A stretch of DNA of 64,000 nucleotides, taken from the NCBI GenBank assembly GCA_043754325.1, contig JAYUVC010000184.1:29872-93871 (forward strand), read 5' to 3'. The position numbers and the translations under genes are program-made. Positions 29,767 through 40,014 of the stretch are shown piece by piece. This DNA is from Hyphomicrobiales bacterium (lineage in GTDB: Bacteria > Pseudomonadota > Alphaproteobacteria > Rhizobiales > Aestuariivirgaceae). Below the pieces are notes generated by a model. It saw only the letters and a list, made by a program, of their open reading frames with translations. It made no database searches and was not told where the DNA came from. How positions within the stretch are numbered: the stretch's first letter is position 1; the number at the start of each line of letters is the position of its first letter.

Positions 29767-30401
29767 TGCAGAAGATTTCCATTGACGTTATTTCAGACGT
29801 GATTTGCCCTTGGTGCTTTCTCGGAAAACGCAGACTGGACAAGGCGATAGCTTCTGTTCCTGAGCTACAGGTGGAGGTGAATTTCCGTCCGTTTTTCCTC
29901 GACCCTACGATCCCCGCTGAGGGTCTGGACCGACATGCCTATATGGTCGCCAAATTTGGCGAAGAGCGTTTGAAAACCATCCACGAGCCGTTGATTGCGG
30001 CGGGCAAGGAAGATGGTGTTGCTTTTGAGTTTGATAAAATTACTCGCACGCCAAGTTCCGTAAACGCTCACCGCTTGCTGCGCTGGTCCCACTTCATCGG
30101 CAGTCAACGCACCGTCGCCGAAGCGCTGTTCACAGCCTATTGGAGCTGGGGTCAGGATATCAGCGATATTGAAGTGCTGAAGACAATTGCCATTGTGAAT
30201 GGCTTGAACGGGTCAGAAATTGCCGAGGAATTGGCGACTGACCGCGACAAGGCAGAAGTGTTCGAGGAGGCGCGGCTTGCGCAGGAAATTGGCGTGACGG
30301 GTGTGCCGACATTTGTAGTGAACCGGAAATATGGCGCCACGGGTGCACAGCCTGTGGAATCGCTGGTGGCCTTGATACGCAAGGTGGCGGGGGAAAGTTA
30401 A
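29766..30401 (+). CDS. DsbA/FrnE-family oxidoreductase
   Basis: SDVICPWC, GVTGVPTF, GAQP. Confidence 0.92.
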   Translation: MQKISIDVISDVICPWCFLGKRRLDKAIASVPELQVEVNFRPFFLDPTIPAEGLDRHAYMVAKFGEERLKTIHEPLIAAGKEDGVAFEFDKITRTPSSVNAHRLLRWSHFIGSQRTVAEALFTAYWSWGQDISDIEVLKTIAIVNGLNGSEIAEELATDRDKAEVFEEARLAQEIGVTGVPTFVVNRKYGATGAQPVESLVALIRKVAGES

Positions 30402-30522
30402 GGGACCTCATCCGCCCTTCGGGCACCTTCTCCAACAAGAGGGTTGGAGAAGGGGCAGCGGGTTTCCCTTCTCCCCGCCCCCTTGCGTGGAGAAGGTGGC
30501 GCGAAGCGACGGATGAGGTTCC
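30402..30522. repeat. Palindromic repeat, family A
   Basis: GGGACCTCATCCGCCCTTCGGGCACCTTCTCC ... GGAGAAGGTGGCGCGAAGCGACGGATGAGGTTCC, abutting the dsbA stop and convergent with mfd. Confidence 0.9.
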
Positions 30523-30525
30523 TTC

Positions 30526-33500
30526 CTACCCCGCCAGCTTCACCAAATTCTGCATCAACACCCGCGTACCTTTCAGCCGTTGTTCCGCACTCACCCAGTC
30601 CCGCATGATCACCAGTTTCATGTCAGCGCGCAGCTTGGCCAATGTCCCCTGCCCGCTGATCCATTGCACCAGACTTCCGGGGTTCGGGAATATGCCGTTC
30701 CGAAAGGCGATGCTGGCCCCTTTTGCTCCGGCGTCCACCGATTGCACATTGGCAATGCGGCAGAGCATTTTGATGGCGACGATTTGCAGGAGGTGCTGCA
30801 CGTCTTCGGGAGGCTTGCCAAAACGGTCGTGCAGTTCCGCACCGAAGGCATCGACCTGCTCTTGTTCCGTAAAGTCGGCGAGACGACGATAGAGACCCAG
30901 GCGCACTTGCAAATCTGACACGTAATTTTCGGGGATCAACACTGATGTTCCAATGTTGATTTGCGGTGACCACTGGCTGTCACCTTCCACGGCAGCGTCT
31001 CCTGCCCGCATTTGCGCCACGGCTTCTTCCAGCATGTTTTGATAGAGTTCAAAACCCACTTCGCGGATGTTGCCGGATTGCTCTTCGCCCAGCAAATTGC
31101 CGCCGCCACGGATGTCGAGATCGTGGCTGGCCAGTGTGAAGCCCGCTCCCAACGAATCGAGGGACTGCAATACTTTCAGGCGGCGCTCGGCATTGGGGTT
31201 CAGGGCGCGGCCCGGTGGTGTGGTCATCAACGCATAGGCGCGGGTTTTGGCGCGACCCACGCGGCCCCGCAATTGATAAAGCTGGGCAAGGCCAAACATG
31301 TCGGAGCGGTGCACCACGAGGGTATTGGCCGTGGGCACATCAAGGCCGGATTCGACAATCGTGGTGGACAGCAGCACATCAAAGGCGCGGTCGTAAAACC
31401 CGGTCATGATGTCTTCAAGTTCGGTGGGGGGCATGCGGCCATGGGCAGCGCGGAATTTTACTTCTGGCACATTCTGGCGCAGAAAGTCGGCGATCTCGTC
31501 AAGGTCAGTGATGCGCGGCACCACGTAGAAACTTTGTCCACCACGGAAATGTTCGCGCAGCAAATGCTCGCGGATAATCACAGGATCAAACGGCGTGATG
31601 TAGGTGCGCACCGCCAATCGGTCGATGGGGGGCGTGGCAATGATCGACATTTCGCGCACACCGGAAAGTGCGAGTTGCAGTGTGCGGGGAATGGGTGTTG
31701 CCGTCAGCGTCAACACGTGAACGTCGGTTCGCAGTTCCTTCAGGCGCTCCTTGTGCTTCACGCCGAAGTGTTGTTCTTCGTCGATGATGAGCAATCCCAA
31801 GTCACGAAACTTGATATTGCCCGTGAGCAGCGCGTGGGTGCCGATGACGATATCAATGCTGCCTTCACCCAGTTCTTTTTTGACGAGGTCAAGTTCCTTG
31901 CGACCCACAAGGCGCGAGGCCTGGGCGATGCGCAGGGGGATGCCCTTGAAGCGTTCCACAAAGTTTTTGAAATGCTGCCGCGCCAACAATGTTGTGGGAA
32001 CGACCACGGCCACTTGCTTTCCTGCATAAGCCGCAACAAAGGCTGCACGCAACGCCACTTCGGTTTTGCCAAAGCCTACGTCGCCACAGATGAGGCGGTC
32101 CATGGGTTGGCCTTTTTGCAGGTCGTCGATGACAGCTTCGATGGCACCCAACTGGTCTTCGGTTTCTTCATAGGGGAACCGTGCGCAGAACTCGTCGAAA
32201 GCACCTTCAGGCGGCGATAAAATGTCTCCGGTTTTCAGTTCACGCGCTGCTGCGGTTTTGATGAGGTCATTGGCGATTTCAAGAATGCGCTCTTTGAGCC
32301 TTGCTTTCTTGGCCTGCCATGCGCCGCCGCCCAATTTATCGAGCTGCACGTTTTCGGTTTCGGATCCGTAACGCGAGAGCAGGTCAATGTTTTCAACGGG
32401 TATGAACAAGCGGTCATTGTTGGCGTAGATCAGCAGCAGACAATCATGCGGTGCGCCTTGCACGTCGATGGTTTTGAGGCCTTCGAAGCGGCCAATGCCA
32501 TGGTCCACATGCACCATGAAATCGCCGGGCATGAGCGACGACAATTCAGCGATCACATCAGCGGCTTTGCGGGCGCGGCGCACGCGGCGCACCATGCGGT
32601 CACCGAGAATGTCCTGTTCGGTGATGAAGGCCAAATCGGGCGTTTCGAAGCCTTCTTCCAAAGGCTGGACGATGATGTTGATGAGCGATTTGTCGCGCTG
32701 CAGAACTTCATCCCAGCTTGCAGCGCTGGCAATGGCACCCACATCATGGTCGCGCAGAATGGTGGCGAGGCGTTCGGCGGAACCTTCAGTCCAGGCGGAA
32801 ATGACGACGCGTTTGTGGGCGGCGTGAAGGGCTTCCACGTGGATGCGCACGGCGTCATACACATTGCCGCCGGCTTCGGCGCGTTCGGCAGCAAAGGTGC
32901 GGCCTTGTTTGCCACCGAAGGAAATGGCGCTGCTTTCGGGGCGCTCGAAAGGTGTGGTTTCCGCCACAGTGCGATCGGCCAGCGCATGCGCCCACTGGTC
33001 CGGCATCAGGTAAAGCCGTTGCGGCGGCAGCGGCTTATAAGGGGCGGCACCGAAGGTTTGCTTGTTCAAAGCTTCCTTGCGGGCGTCGTAATATTCTTCG
33101 ATTTGCGCGTGGCGGGCCGCAGCACTTTCCTGTGCCATGTGGGACATGCTGACCACAGCATCCGGCAGATAATCGAACAGCGTTTCGAGAGCGGAATGAA
33201 ACAAAGGCAACCAGTGTTCCATGCCCTGATATCGGCGACCACCTGTTACGCTTTCGTAAAGTGGGTCATGCGTATCGATGCCGCTGAAGGCTTCGGCGTA
33301 GTTTTTGCGGAAGGTGGCTACAGCGTCTTTGGCCAGCAGCACTTCATTGGCGGCGTTGAGCGTGAAGGTTTTTCGCTGTTCCGTGGTGCGCTGGGTGTGC
33401 GGGTCAAAGGAGCGAATGCTTTCCAGCGTGTCACCGAAAAAATCGAGGCGCACGGGAAGTGCAGCACCGGGCGGAAAAATATCAATGAGGCCACCGCGCA

Positions 33501-34002
33501 CAGCAAAATCACCAGGGTCCACGACAGTGCCTGTGCGGCTGTAACCATTGTCAACAAGGAACGCTTGCAAGACATCTCCCGCGACGCGCTGACCGGGCTT
33601 TGCGGTGAACGATGCAGCGGCGACCATCGACTTTGGCACCACACGCTGCGTGATGGCGTTGACGGTGGTGAGCACAAGGCGATTGGCGTGGGGCGTTGCC
33701 GTGAATTGCGCAAGAGCGGACAAGCGTTGCGATACGATTTCGGTTGAGGGCGACACGCGGTCGTAGGGCAGGCAATCCCAGGCAGGAAAGCGGATAATGG
33801 CGATGTCGGGCGCGTGGAAGCGGACTTGCTCTTCGAGCTGTGCCAATTGCTGATCATCGACGCAGACATGAATGACGCCGCGCATGGCAGAGGCTGTCAC
33901 GAGTTCGGGCAAGACTTGTCCCAGCAATCCGAGGGGAAGACCCGACAGCATCAGGCGGCCCGGCATGTCGATCCGGGATTTCAGTGCAGCCAGTGCGTTC
34001 AT
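30526..34002 (-). CDS. mfd: Transcription-repair coupling factor
   Basis: FPAWDCLPYD, HVDHGIG, GDVGFGKT, DEEQHFG, TATPIPRT, QLRGRVGR, TRCF C-terminus. Confidence 0.99.
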   Translation of the reverse strand: MNALAALKSRIDMPGRLMLSGLPLGLLGQVLPELVTASAMRGVIHVCVDDQQLAQLEEQVRFHAPDIAIIRFPAWDCLPYDRVSPSTEIVSQRLSALAQFTATPHANRLVLTTVNAITQRVVPKSMVAAASFTAKPGQRVAGDVLQAFLVDNGYSRTGTVVDPGDFAVRGGLIDIFPPGAALPVRLDFFGDTLESIRSFDPHTQRTTEQRKTFTLNAANEVLLAKDAVATFRKNYAEAFSGIDTHDPLYESVTGGRRYQGMEHWLPLFHSALETLFDYLPDAVVSMSHMAQESAAARHAQIEEYYDARKEALNKQTFGAAPYKPLPPQRLYLMPDQWAHALADRTVAETTPFERPESSAISFGGKQGRTFAAERAEAGGNVYDAVRIHVEALHAAHKRVVISAWTEGSAERLATILRDHDVGAIASAASWDEVLQRDKSLINIIVQPLEEGFETPDLAFITEQDILGDRMVRRVRRARKAADVIAELSSLMPGDFMVHVDHGIGRFEGLKTIDVQGAPHDCLLLIYANNDRLFIPVENIDLLSRYGSETENVQLDKLGGGAWQAKKARLKERILEIANDLIKTAAARELKTGDILSPPEGAFDEFCARFPYEETEDQLGAIEAVIDDLQKGQPMDRLICGDVGFGKTEVALRAAFVAAYAGKQVAVVVPTTLLARQHFKNFVERFKGIPLRIAQASRLVGRKELDLVKKELGEGSIDIVIGTHALLTGNIKFRDLGLLIIDEEQHFGVKHKERLKELRTDVHVLTLTATPIPRTLQLALSGVREMSIIATPPIDRLAVRTYITPFDPVIIREHLLREHFRGGQSFYVVPRITDLDEIADFLRQNVPEVKFRAAHGRMPPTELEDIMTGFYDRAFDVLLSTTIVESGLDVPTANTLVVHRSDMFGLAQLYQLRGRVGRAKTRAYALMTTPPGRALNPNAERRLKVLQSLDSLGAGFTLASHDLDIRGGGNLLGEEQSGNIREVGFELYQNMLEEAVAQMRAGDAAVEGDSQWSPQINIGTSVLIPENYVSDLQVRLGLYRRLADFTEQEQVDAFGAELHDRFGKPPEDVQHLLQIVAIKMLCRIANVQSVDAGAKGASIAFRNGIFPNPGSLVQWISGQGTLAKLRADMKLVIMRDWVSAEQRLKGTRVLMQNLVKLAG

Positions 34003-34274
34003 ACCGTCACCGGGCGGAAGGCGAGCAGGTCCATCAACATGGGAGAGCGCTTGTCATGTGGCACAACTTCCTGTCCTGTGATCCACGACAGCAAGTGTTG
34101 ATCAGGGATTTCGAGAAGCACTTCGAACGTGATCAACTCTTGCGGCGTCATGGTGGGTAGCCGCGCATCCGCAAACCCGCCAACCACAATATCCATTTCC
34201 TTGATGCCACGGCGGGAGGCCCGCCACGCCAATCGTTTGCGGATTTTTTGCAGTTGTTCTTCTGTTGTGGACAT
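33999..34274 (-). CDS. sdhE: FAD assembly factor SdhE
   Basis: WRASRRGIKEMD, PDQ.LLSW; conserved sdhE-mfd / recG synteny. Start MSTTEE. Confidence 0.93.
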   Translation of the reverse strand: MSTTEEQLQKIRKRLAWRASRRGIKEMDIVVGGFADARLPTMTPQELITFEVLLEIPDQHLLSWITGQEVVPHDKRSPMLMDLLAFRPVTV

Positions 34275-34334
34275 GGCCCGGGTCTTATAGTGGGAACCGC
34301 TTGCACCGCAACCGCTTCCACGACAAAACAAACT

Positions 34335-36437
34335 ATGCGCCCTGATCTGCTCAACCCCCTGTTTGCCGATGTCACCAGCCTGAAAGGTGTGGGCGACAAG
34401 GTGGCGAAACTGTTTCAGAAAGTGCTGCACAAAGGGGCAACACCTGCCCGTGTTGTGGATTTGCTGCTGCGCCCGCCCGTGGCTGTGGTGGACCGCCGTT
34501 ATCGCTGCACAATCAGTCAGTTACCCGAACAAGGTATTGTGACAGTTGAAGTGATGGTTGGCGAACATATCCCGCCAAAGCAGGGCAGCAAGCTGCCCTA
34601 TCGCGTTGAAGTGTTTGACGATACAGGTGAAATGACGCTGGTTTATTTCAAGGCCTATGCCGACAGCATGAAAAGCCTTTTGCCCACGGGTGAGCGTCGC
34701 ATTGTCTCAGGGGAGATCAGCTGGTTCCGGGCCGATGCGCAGATGAACCATCCCGATCATGTGGTGACGGTTGACGCTTTCGCAAATCTGCCTGCGATTG
34801 AACCTGTTTATCCCCTCACAGCGGGGTTGACAGGAAAGGCTTATCTGAAAGCCGTGCAACAGGCCCTGCCCCGCTTGCCGCATCTGCCGGAATGGCAGGA
34901 CATGGCATGGATACAGAAGAATGGCTGGCAGGGGTTTCACGACAGTCTGACGTCCGCACATGTGCCGCCCGCGCCCAATGCCGTGGACCTGATGCACCCG
35001 GTGCGGCAGCGCCTCGCCTATGACGAACTCTTGGCCAATCAATTGGCGCTGGCCATGGTGCGGCGGCACATGAAGCGCTCATCTGGCCGCGTGCTCAAAG
35101 GTGATGGCCAGCTCCGCTCCAAAATCATCGGCACATTGCCCTATCGCATGACGGGTGCGCAAGACGCTTCGGTACACGAAATTGCGGTTGATATGGCATC
35201 GGGCCAACGCATGATCCGCTTGCTGCAGGGTGATGTGGGTGCGGGTAAAACCGTGGTGGCTTTGATGGCACTCGCCATTGCAGTTGAAGCAGGAGCGCAA
35301 GGGGCCTTGATGGTGCCCACGGAAATTCTGGCGCGGCAACACATGGCATCGTTGGGCAAGATTGCGGATGCAGTGGGTTTACGGTTGGGGTTGCTCACGG
35401 GCCGCGAAAAAGGCCGCGTGCGGGAAGAGGTTTTGGCGGCACTGGCGTCGGGCGAAATTGATATTCTCATCGGCACGCATGCGCTGTTTCAGGAGGGTGT
35501 GACCTTCAAGGATTTGGGCCTCGCTGTCATCGACGAGCAGCACCGCTTTGGTGTGCATCAGCGGATGGCACTGCAGGGCAAGGCGCAAATGGCACCGGAT
35601 TTGTTGGTGATGACGGCAACGCCCATTCCCCGCACACTTGCCCTCACCGCCTATGGCGATATGGATGTGTCGCGCCTGCTTGAAAAACCACCGGGTCGTT
35701 TGCCAATTGAAACGCGGGTCATGCCGCTGTCGCGCATGGATGACATTGTTGCGGGCCTGCGTCGAAGCCTGTCGCATGGCCTTCGGGCTTACTGGGTGTG
35801 TCCGCTTGTTGAGGAAAGCGAGTTTGTGGATTTGGCGGCGGCGGAGGATCGCTTCACGCATCTGGCCACGGCATTCCCCGGCAAAGTGGGGTTGGTGCAT
35901 GGCCGCTTGAAGGGGCTGGAACGCGACAAGGTGATGGCTGATTTCAAGTCAGGAGCCTTGTCAGTTCTGGTGTCCACGACGGTCATCGAGGTGGGCGTTG
36001 ATGTGCCGGAAGCCGCCATCATGGTGATCGAAAATGCCGAACGTTTTGGCTTGGCCCAATTGCACCAGTTGCGCGGACGTGTGGGACGCGGCACCGCGAA
36101 ATCACATTGCATATTGTTGTATCAGGAACCACTGGGCGAAACCGCGAAGGCACGATTGGAAATCATGCGCTCGACTGAGGATGGTTTTGTGATTGCCGAG
36201 GAGGATTTGCGTTTGCGTGGGGCCGGTGAAGTGTTGGGCACGCAGCAATCCGGCTTGCCTGAATTTCGCATGGCGGATTTATCCGTGCATGCGGAGTTGC
36301 TGGCGGCGGCGCGGGATGATGCAGCCCTGATCATCAACCGGGATGAACGCCTGCAAACACCACGCGGCGAAGCGCTTCGGCATTTGCTGTATTTGTTTGA
36401 ACGGGATGAGGCCATCAGGTTGTTGGGGGCGGGGTGA
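34335..36437 (+). CDS. recG: ATP-dependent DNA helicase RecG
   Basis: QRLAYDE, QGDVGAGKT, DEQHRFG, QLHQLRGRVGR, STEDGF. Confidence 0.98.
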   Translation: MRPDLLNPLFADVTSLKGVGDKVAKLFQKVLHKGATPARVVDLLLRPPVAVVDRRYRCTISQLPEQGIVTVEVMVGEHIPPKQGSKLPYRVEVFDDTGEMTLVYFKAYADSMKSLLPTGERRIVSGEISWFRADAQMNHPDHVVTVDAFANLPAIEPVYPLTAGLTGKAYLKAVQQALPRLPHLPEWQDMAWIQKNGWQGFHDSLTSAHVPPAPNAVDLMHPVRQRLAYDELLANQLALAMVRRHMKRSSGRVLKGDGQLRSKIIGTLPYRMTGAQDASVHEIAVDMASGQRMIRLLQGDVGAGKTVVALMALAIAVEAGAQGALMVPTEILARQHMASLGKIADAVGLRLGLLTGREKGRVREEVLAALASGEIDILIGTHALFQEGVTFKDLGLAVIDEQHRFGVHQRMALQGKAQMAPDLLVMTATPIPRTLALTAYGDMDVSRLLEKPPGRLPIETRVMPLSRMDDIVAGLRRSLSHGLRAYWVCPLVEESEFVDLAAAEDRFTHLATAFPGKVGLVHGRLKGLERDKVMADFKSGALSVLVSTTVIEVGVDVPEAAIMVIENAERFGLAQLHQLRGRVGRGTAKSHCILLYQEPLGETAKARLEIMRSTEDGFVIAEEDLRLRGAGEVLGTQQSGLPEFRMADLSVHAELLAAARDDAALIINRDERLQTPRGEALRHLLYLFERDEAIRLLGAG

Positions 36438-36440
36438 AGC

Positions 36441-36552
36441 AAGGCCCCCCCTCCCCCCTTCGGGGTACTCCCCCAACAAGTTGGTGGAGATGCCTACGGC
36501 TAGTTGCTTCCCCAACTTGTTGGGGAAGTGCCCGAAGGGCGATGGGGGCCTT
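36441..36552. repeat. Palindromic repeat, family B (hybrid arms)
   Basis: Left arm resembles 27829 (CCCCCTTCGGGGTACTCCCCC). Right arm equals the 41212 arm (CTTCCCCAACTTGTTGGGGAAGTGCCCGAAGGGCGATGGGGGCCTT). Confidence 0.9.
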
Positions 36553-36554
36553 AC

Positions 36555-37271
36555 TTATTTCTTCCGTTGTACTTTCTTCGCAACCGCAATCTCCTTCTCC
36601 ACATTTAATGGTGCATCCGGGAACACCAATCCCATCGAGATCACCAGCTTCAAGCCATCCTCCACCGTCATATCCAAAACCTGTACTTCAGTTTCTTTCA
36701 CAAAGAACACATAGCCAGACGTGGGATTTGGCGTGGTAGAGACATAGACCGCATACATCTTCGTGCCCGGCTTCATGCCGATCTGGCCTGAATCCAGTTC
36801 ACGCGAAATAAACGCAACAGACCACGCATCGCGCCTTGGCCATTCCACCAGGCAAACCTTTTTGAAGCTCGCACCCTTCTCCGAAAACATCGTTTCGAAT
36901 ATCTGCTTCGAGCCCTTGTAGATTGACCGCACCACCGGCGTCCGGTTCACAAGGTTGTCCCACCAGCCGATGATGGTGCGGCCCACCAAATTCGCGCCGA
37001 GGAATCCCACCAGCGTGATGAGGGCGAGTGCGAAAACCAGTCCGGTGCCTGGTACCTTGAACGGGAGATAGTGATCAGGATTGTAATTGTTAGGCAGCAG
37101 CGGCTTTACCCATGAATCAAAAAAACCGATAAACCACACCGTCACCCACACCGTGATTGCGACGGGGGCGAGGATGACCAATCCTGTGAAGAAGTAACGG
37201 CGCAAGCGTCCAAACGAGGATTTGGCCACAGGTGCTTCGGGCTTGGTGATTGGAATGTTGTCACTGTTCAT
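36555..37271 (-). CDS. DUF502 membrane protein
   Basis: RYFFTGL..LAP, PVVRSIY...KQ, PTTPNPTSG-like STTPNPTSGY. Confidence 0.9.
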   Translation of the reverse strand: MNSDNIPITKPEAPVAKSSFGRLRRYFFTGLVILAPVAITVWVTVWFIGFFDSWVKPLLPNNYNPDHYLPFKVPGTGLVFALALITLVGFLGANLVGRTIIGWWDNLVNRTPVVRSIYKGSKQIFETMFSEKGASFKKVCLVEWPRRDAWSVAFISRELDSGQIGMKPGTKMYAVYVSTTPNPTSGYVFFVKETEVQVLDMTVEDGLKLVISMGLVFPDAPLNVEKEIAVAKKVQRKK

Positions 37272-37318
37272 GGCCCTTGATTGCAATATCCGGCCATCTG
37301 GTGCAAGGAGCGATCCAC

Positions 37319-37690
37319 ATGAATGCTCTACGTTTGTTTTTTCTCGGCTTTGGATGGCTGTCGGTTGGATTGGGAATCATCGGCATTATCCTGCCCATAC
37401 TGCCAACCACGCCGTTTTTGCTTGTGGCCGTTTGGGCCTTCAGCAGGTCATCGCCTGAACTTGCCGAGAAACTGCGCAATCACCCCAGAGCCGGACCCTA
37501 CATCCGGGCGTGGCAGGACCATGGTGCCATTCCGGTTCTTGGAAAAGTGCTGGCGGTCAGCATGATGTCAGTGATGGGGATCTATCTCGCCGGGTTCAGC
37601 GTGTTGCCGGGCTGGGCCGCAGTGCCGGCTTGCCTTGGCCTGATTGCAATCGGCGTTTACATTATAACCCGCCCGGGCATGCCGCGTTAG
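37319..37690 (+). CDS. YbaN (DUF454) family membrane protein
   Basis: LGIIGIILPILPTTPFLL, FSRSSP. Confidence 0.9.
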   Translation: MNALRLFFLGFGWLSVGLGIIGIILPILPTTPFLLVAVWAFSRSSPELAEKLRNHPRAGPYIRAWQDHGAIPVLGKVLAVSMMSVMGIYLAGFSVLPGWAAVPACLGLIAIGVYIITRPGMPR

Positions 37691-38580
37691 TTGTTCAGCG
37701 ATGCCGGATATTGTTCTGACCAGACCCGTGCCCGGGCTTCGGCTTCCAACCTGGTATCTTCATCAACGCCCGACATCAGCTGATTATAGCGGTTGACGAT
37801 GTCAGGATTATCTGCCGGTTTTGCGGTTTCCATGGCGAGAATGTACCACATGACAGCGCGGGTTTCGTTCTTCTTGACGTTGCGACCGGACCAATAGAGA
37901 TCACCCAGATAGGCCTGGGCTTCCGGCTGGCGCTTTCGTGCGGCGGCGGTCAGCCATTTCAGACCCTGTTGCGGGTTTTGCGTAACACCTTCGCCCTGCA
38001 TGTTCATCTGGCCCAATGCAAATTGTGCTGCCGGGTGGCCATAGGTTGAGGCCAGGCGCAAATAGATGCGGGCGGCAGCTTGAGGATCAGGCTTCATGCC
38101 GGATTCCGGAATACCGGTGCGACGATAATCTGCCAGATGGATTTGGCTGTCGATGACAATGCGCAGGCGCTTGTTGTCAGATTCCTCCGGATCGTAACTC
38201 TCGGATACGCGGCTGTAATAGGTATAGGCGACCGACGCATCCCGCGACACACCCTGCCCCAAACGGTACATGTGGCCCAGGTACCAATCGGCCACCACGT
38301 TGCCATCCTCCGACTCGCGGCGGAAGTATTTCAGTGCCTTGCCATAATTGCCGTCGCCATAGGCATTGCGGGCTTTCTTGAGGTCACTGGTCCAGAATGG
38401 AATGTTGATATGCGGCAGCTTCAGCTCGGGCACAGCCGGCAGGTAATCGAAAAAACCTGCACCGTCTTCGCCAGACTCGGCGGCGGTTGCAGCCCCGTTG
38501 ATGGCGGCCAGAATCGCCAGTACTGCACAGATGTGCAGTGCCGCCGCCCGATTGCCACTTCCCAAAAACCAAATCTTCAC
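37687..38580 (-). CDS. Sel1-repeat periplasmic protein (ExoR-like)
   Basis: Signal peptide and several Sel1 repeats (LGHMYRLGQGV, QFALGQMNMQGEGV, QAYLGDLYWSG). Confidence 0.82.
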   Translation of the reverse strand: MKIWFLGSGNRAAALHICAVLAILAAINGAATAAESGEDGAGFFDYLPAVPELKLPHINIPFWTSDLKKARNAYGDGNYGKALKYFRRESEDGNVVADWYLGHMYRLGQGVSRDASVAYTYYSRVSESYDPEESDNKRLRIVIDSQIHLADYRRTGIPESGMKPDPQAAARIYLRLASTYGHPAAQFALGQMNMQGEGVTQNPQQGLKWLTAAARKRQPEAQAYLGDLYWSGRNVKKNETRAVMWYILAMETAKPADNPDIVNRYNQLMSGVDEDTRLEAEARARVWSEQYPASLNN

Positions 38581-38883
38581 GATTGACCGACTTCAATACT
38601 CTCAACCACGATGTCGCATCGGCGAATCCGTGTTGCTTTGCATTGCAGCGCATTGCTGGTTGACAGGCAGTTAAACTGAACTGGAAACCTTCAGGATTCG
38701 CAAGACGATCATCTTCAATGTCGGAGTAATCTTTAATTGCGGCAGATCGTGGCTGCAAAAACGGTTGCATCGCCACAAACCAACAAATCAAGTCGTTGTT
38801 GCAAGATTGCAACATTTGTGAAAAGCCCTGCACCATCACACCGTAATATGGCACTGTGCCATGACGAATCCCGGGGAAAGCAG

Positions 38884-40014
38884 ATGCCAGACGACAGTCT
38901 TCCAGCCGCAACACATTCGCCACCAGAGCGGCTCAACTTTACCTACGTCAAACGGCCAGGGCTGTTGAAGCTGACGATTGTGAATTTTCTGTTGAGCGTG
39001 GTCACGTTGGGGTTCTATCGTTTCTGGGCCAAAACCAATGTGCGAAAGCACATCTGGTCGTCAGTCCATATCAATAGGGAACCGCTTGAATATACAGGCA
39101 CCGGAATGGAGCTGTTCAAGGGTTTTCTCATGGTGTTTTTCGTGTTGGTGCTGCCCTATATCGTGGCGGTGGCTGCAGCCAACTTCATACAAGGACCGGC
39201 CTCACCCATCGCTGTGGTTTTGCAGATGGTGTTTGTCCTCGCAATCTATGTGTTGTGGGGCTTTGCAGTCTACAAGGCGCGCAAGTTTCAGCTTTCCCGC
39301 ACAAACTGGCGCGGCATTCGCGGAACACTGGTTGGTTCGGCCATGACCTACAGCTTGTTGTATTTCGGTTCGTTGATTGCCAAAAGCATGAGCATGGGCT
39401 GGGCCACGCCGGTGATGAACACCGTGTTGGCCGAACAAATCACCAATGACATGCGCTTTGGTGATGCGGCATTCAAGTTCAAGGGGCGTGCCGGGGCCTT
39501 GTACCCGACCTATGCCATGTGCTGGCTGCTCACACTTGCCGCAATTGTTCTGGTTATCGTTTTGGTGGTAAGTTCAACGGCTCTGTCTGGTCAGTTCAAA
39601 ACACTGTTTGACCCCATGTCGCCGCCTGAAACCGTTTCCGAAATTGCCGGCTATCTGGTGATCGCCGGCGTGATTTTGTTCTTTCTGTTCATGCTGGTCA
39701 TCCCCATGCTGTGGGCCATTTACACGGCAAAAGAACTGCGCACTTTTGCCAACTACACCCGGTTTGATGGCGTGCCTTTCAGTCTGAACGCCACCACGGG
39801 CAGCGTGATCTGGTTGACCATCATCAATCTGCTGCTGATTGTGTTTACGCTTGGCATTGCCTGGCCCTTTGTGCAGCAGCGCACGGTGAAGTTCGCTGTT
39901 GATCGTCTCACACTTGATGGGTTTGTGGATGTTGACCGCATCCGGCAATCCTCGGCCAGAATGGATTCACGCGGCGAAGGCCTGGCCGACGCATTCGATG
40001 TAGGAGGTTTGTGA
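38884..40014 (+). CDS. YjgN/DUF898 inner membrane protein
   Basis: NFLLSVVTLGFYRFWAKT, YTGTGMELFKG, FTLGIAWP, EGLADAFD. Confidence 0.9.
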   Translation: MPDDSLPAATHSPPERLNFTYVKRPGLLKLTIVNFLLSVVTLGFYRFWAKTNVRKHIWSSVHINREPLEYTGTGMELFKGFLMVFFVLVLPYIVAVAAANFIQGPASPIAVVLQMVFVLAIYVLWGFAVYKARKFQLSRTNWRGIRGTLVGSAMTYSLLYFGSLIAKSMSMGWATPVMNTVLAEQITNDMRFGDAAFKFKGRAGALYPTYAMCWLLTLAAIVLVIVLVVSSTALSGQFKTLFDPMSPPETVSEIAGYLVIAGVILFFLFMLVIPMLWAIYTAKELRTFANYTRFDGVPFSLNATTGSVIWLTIINLLLIVFTLGIAWPFVQQRTVKFAVDRLTLDGFVDVDRIRQSSARMDSRGEGLADAFDVGGL

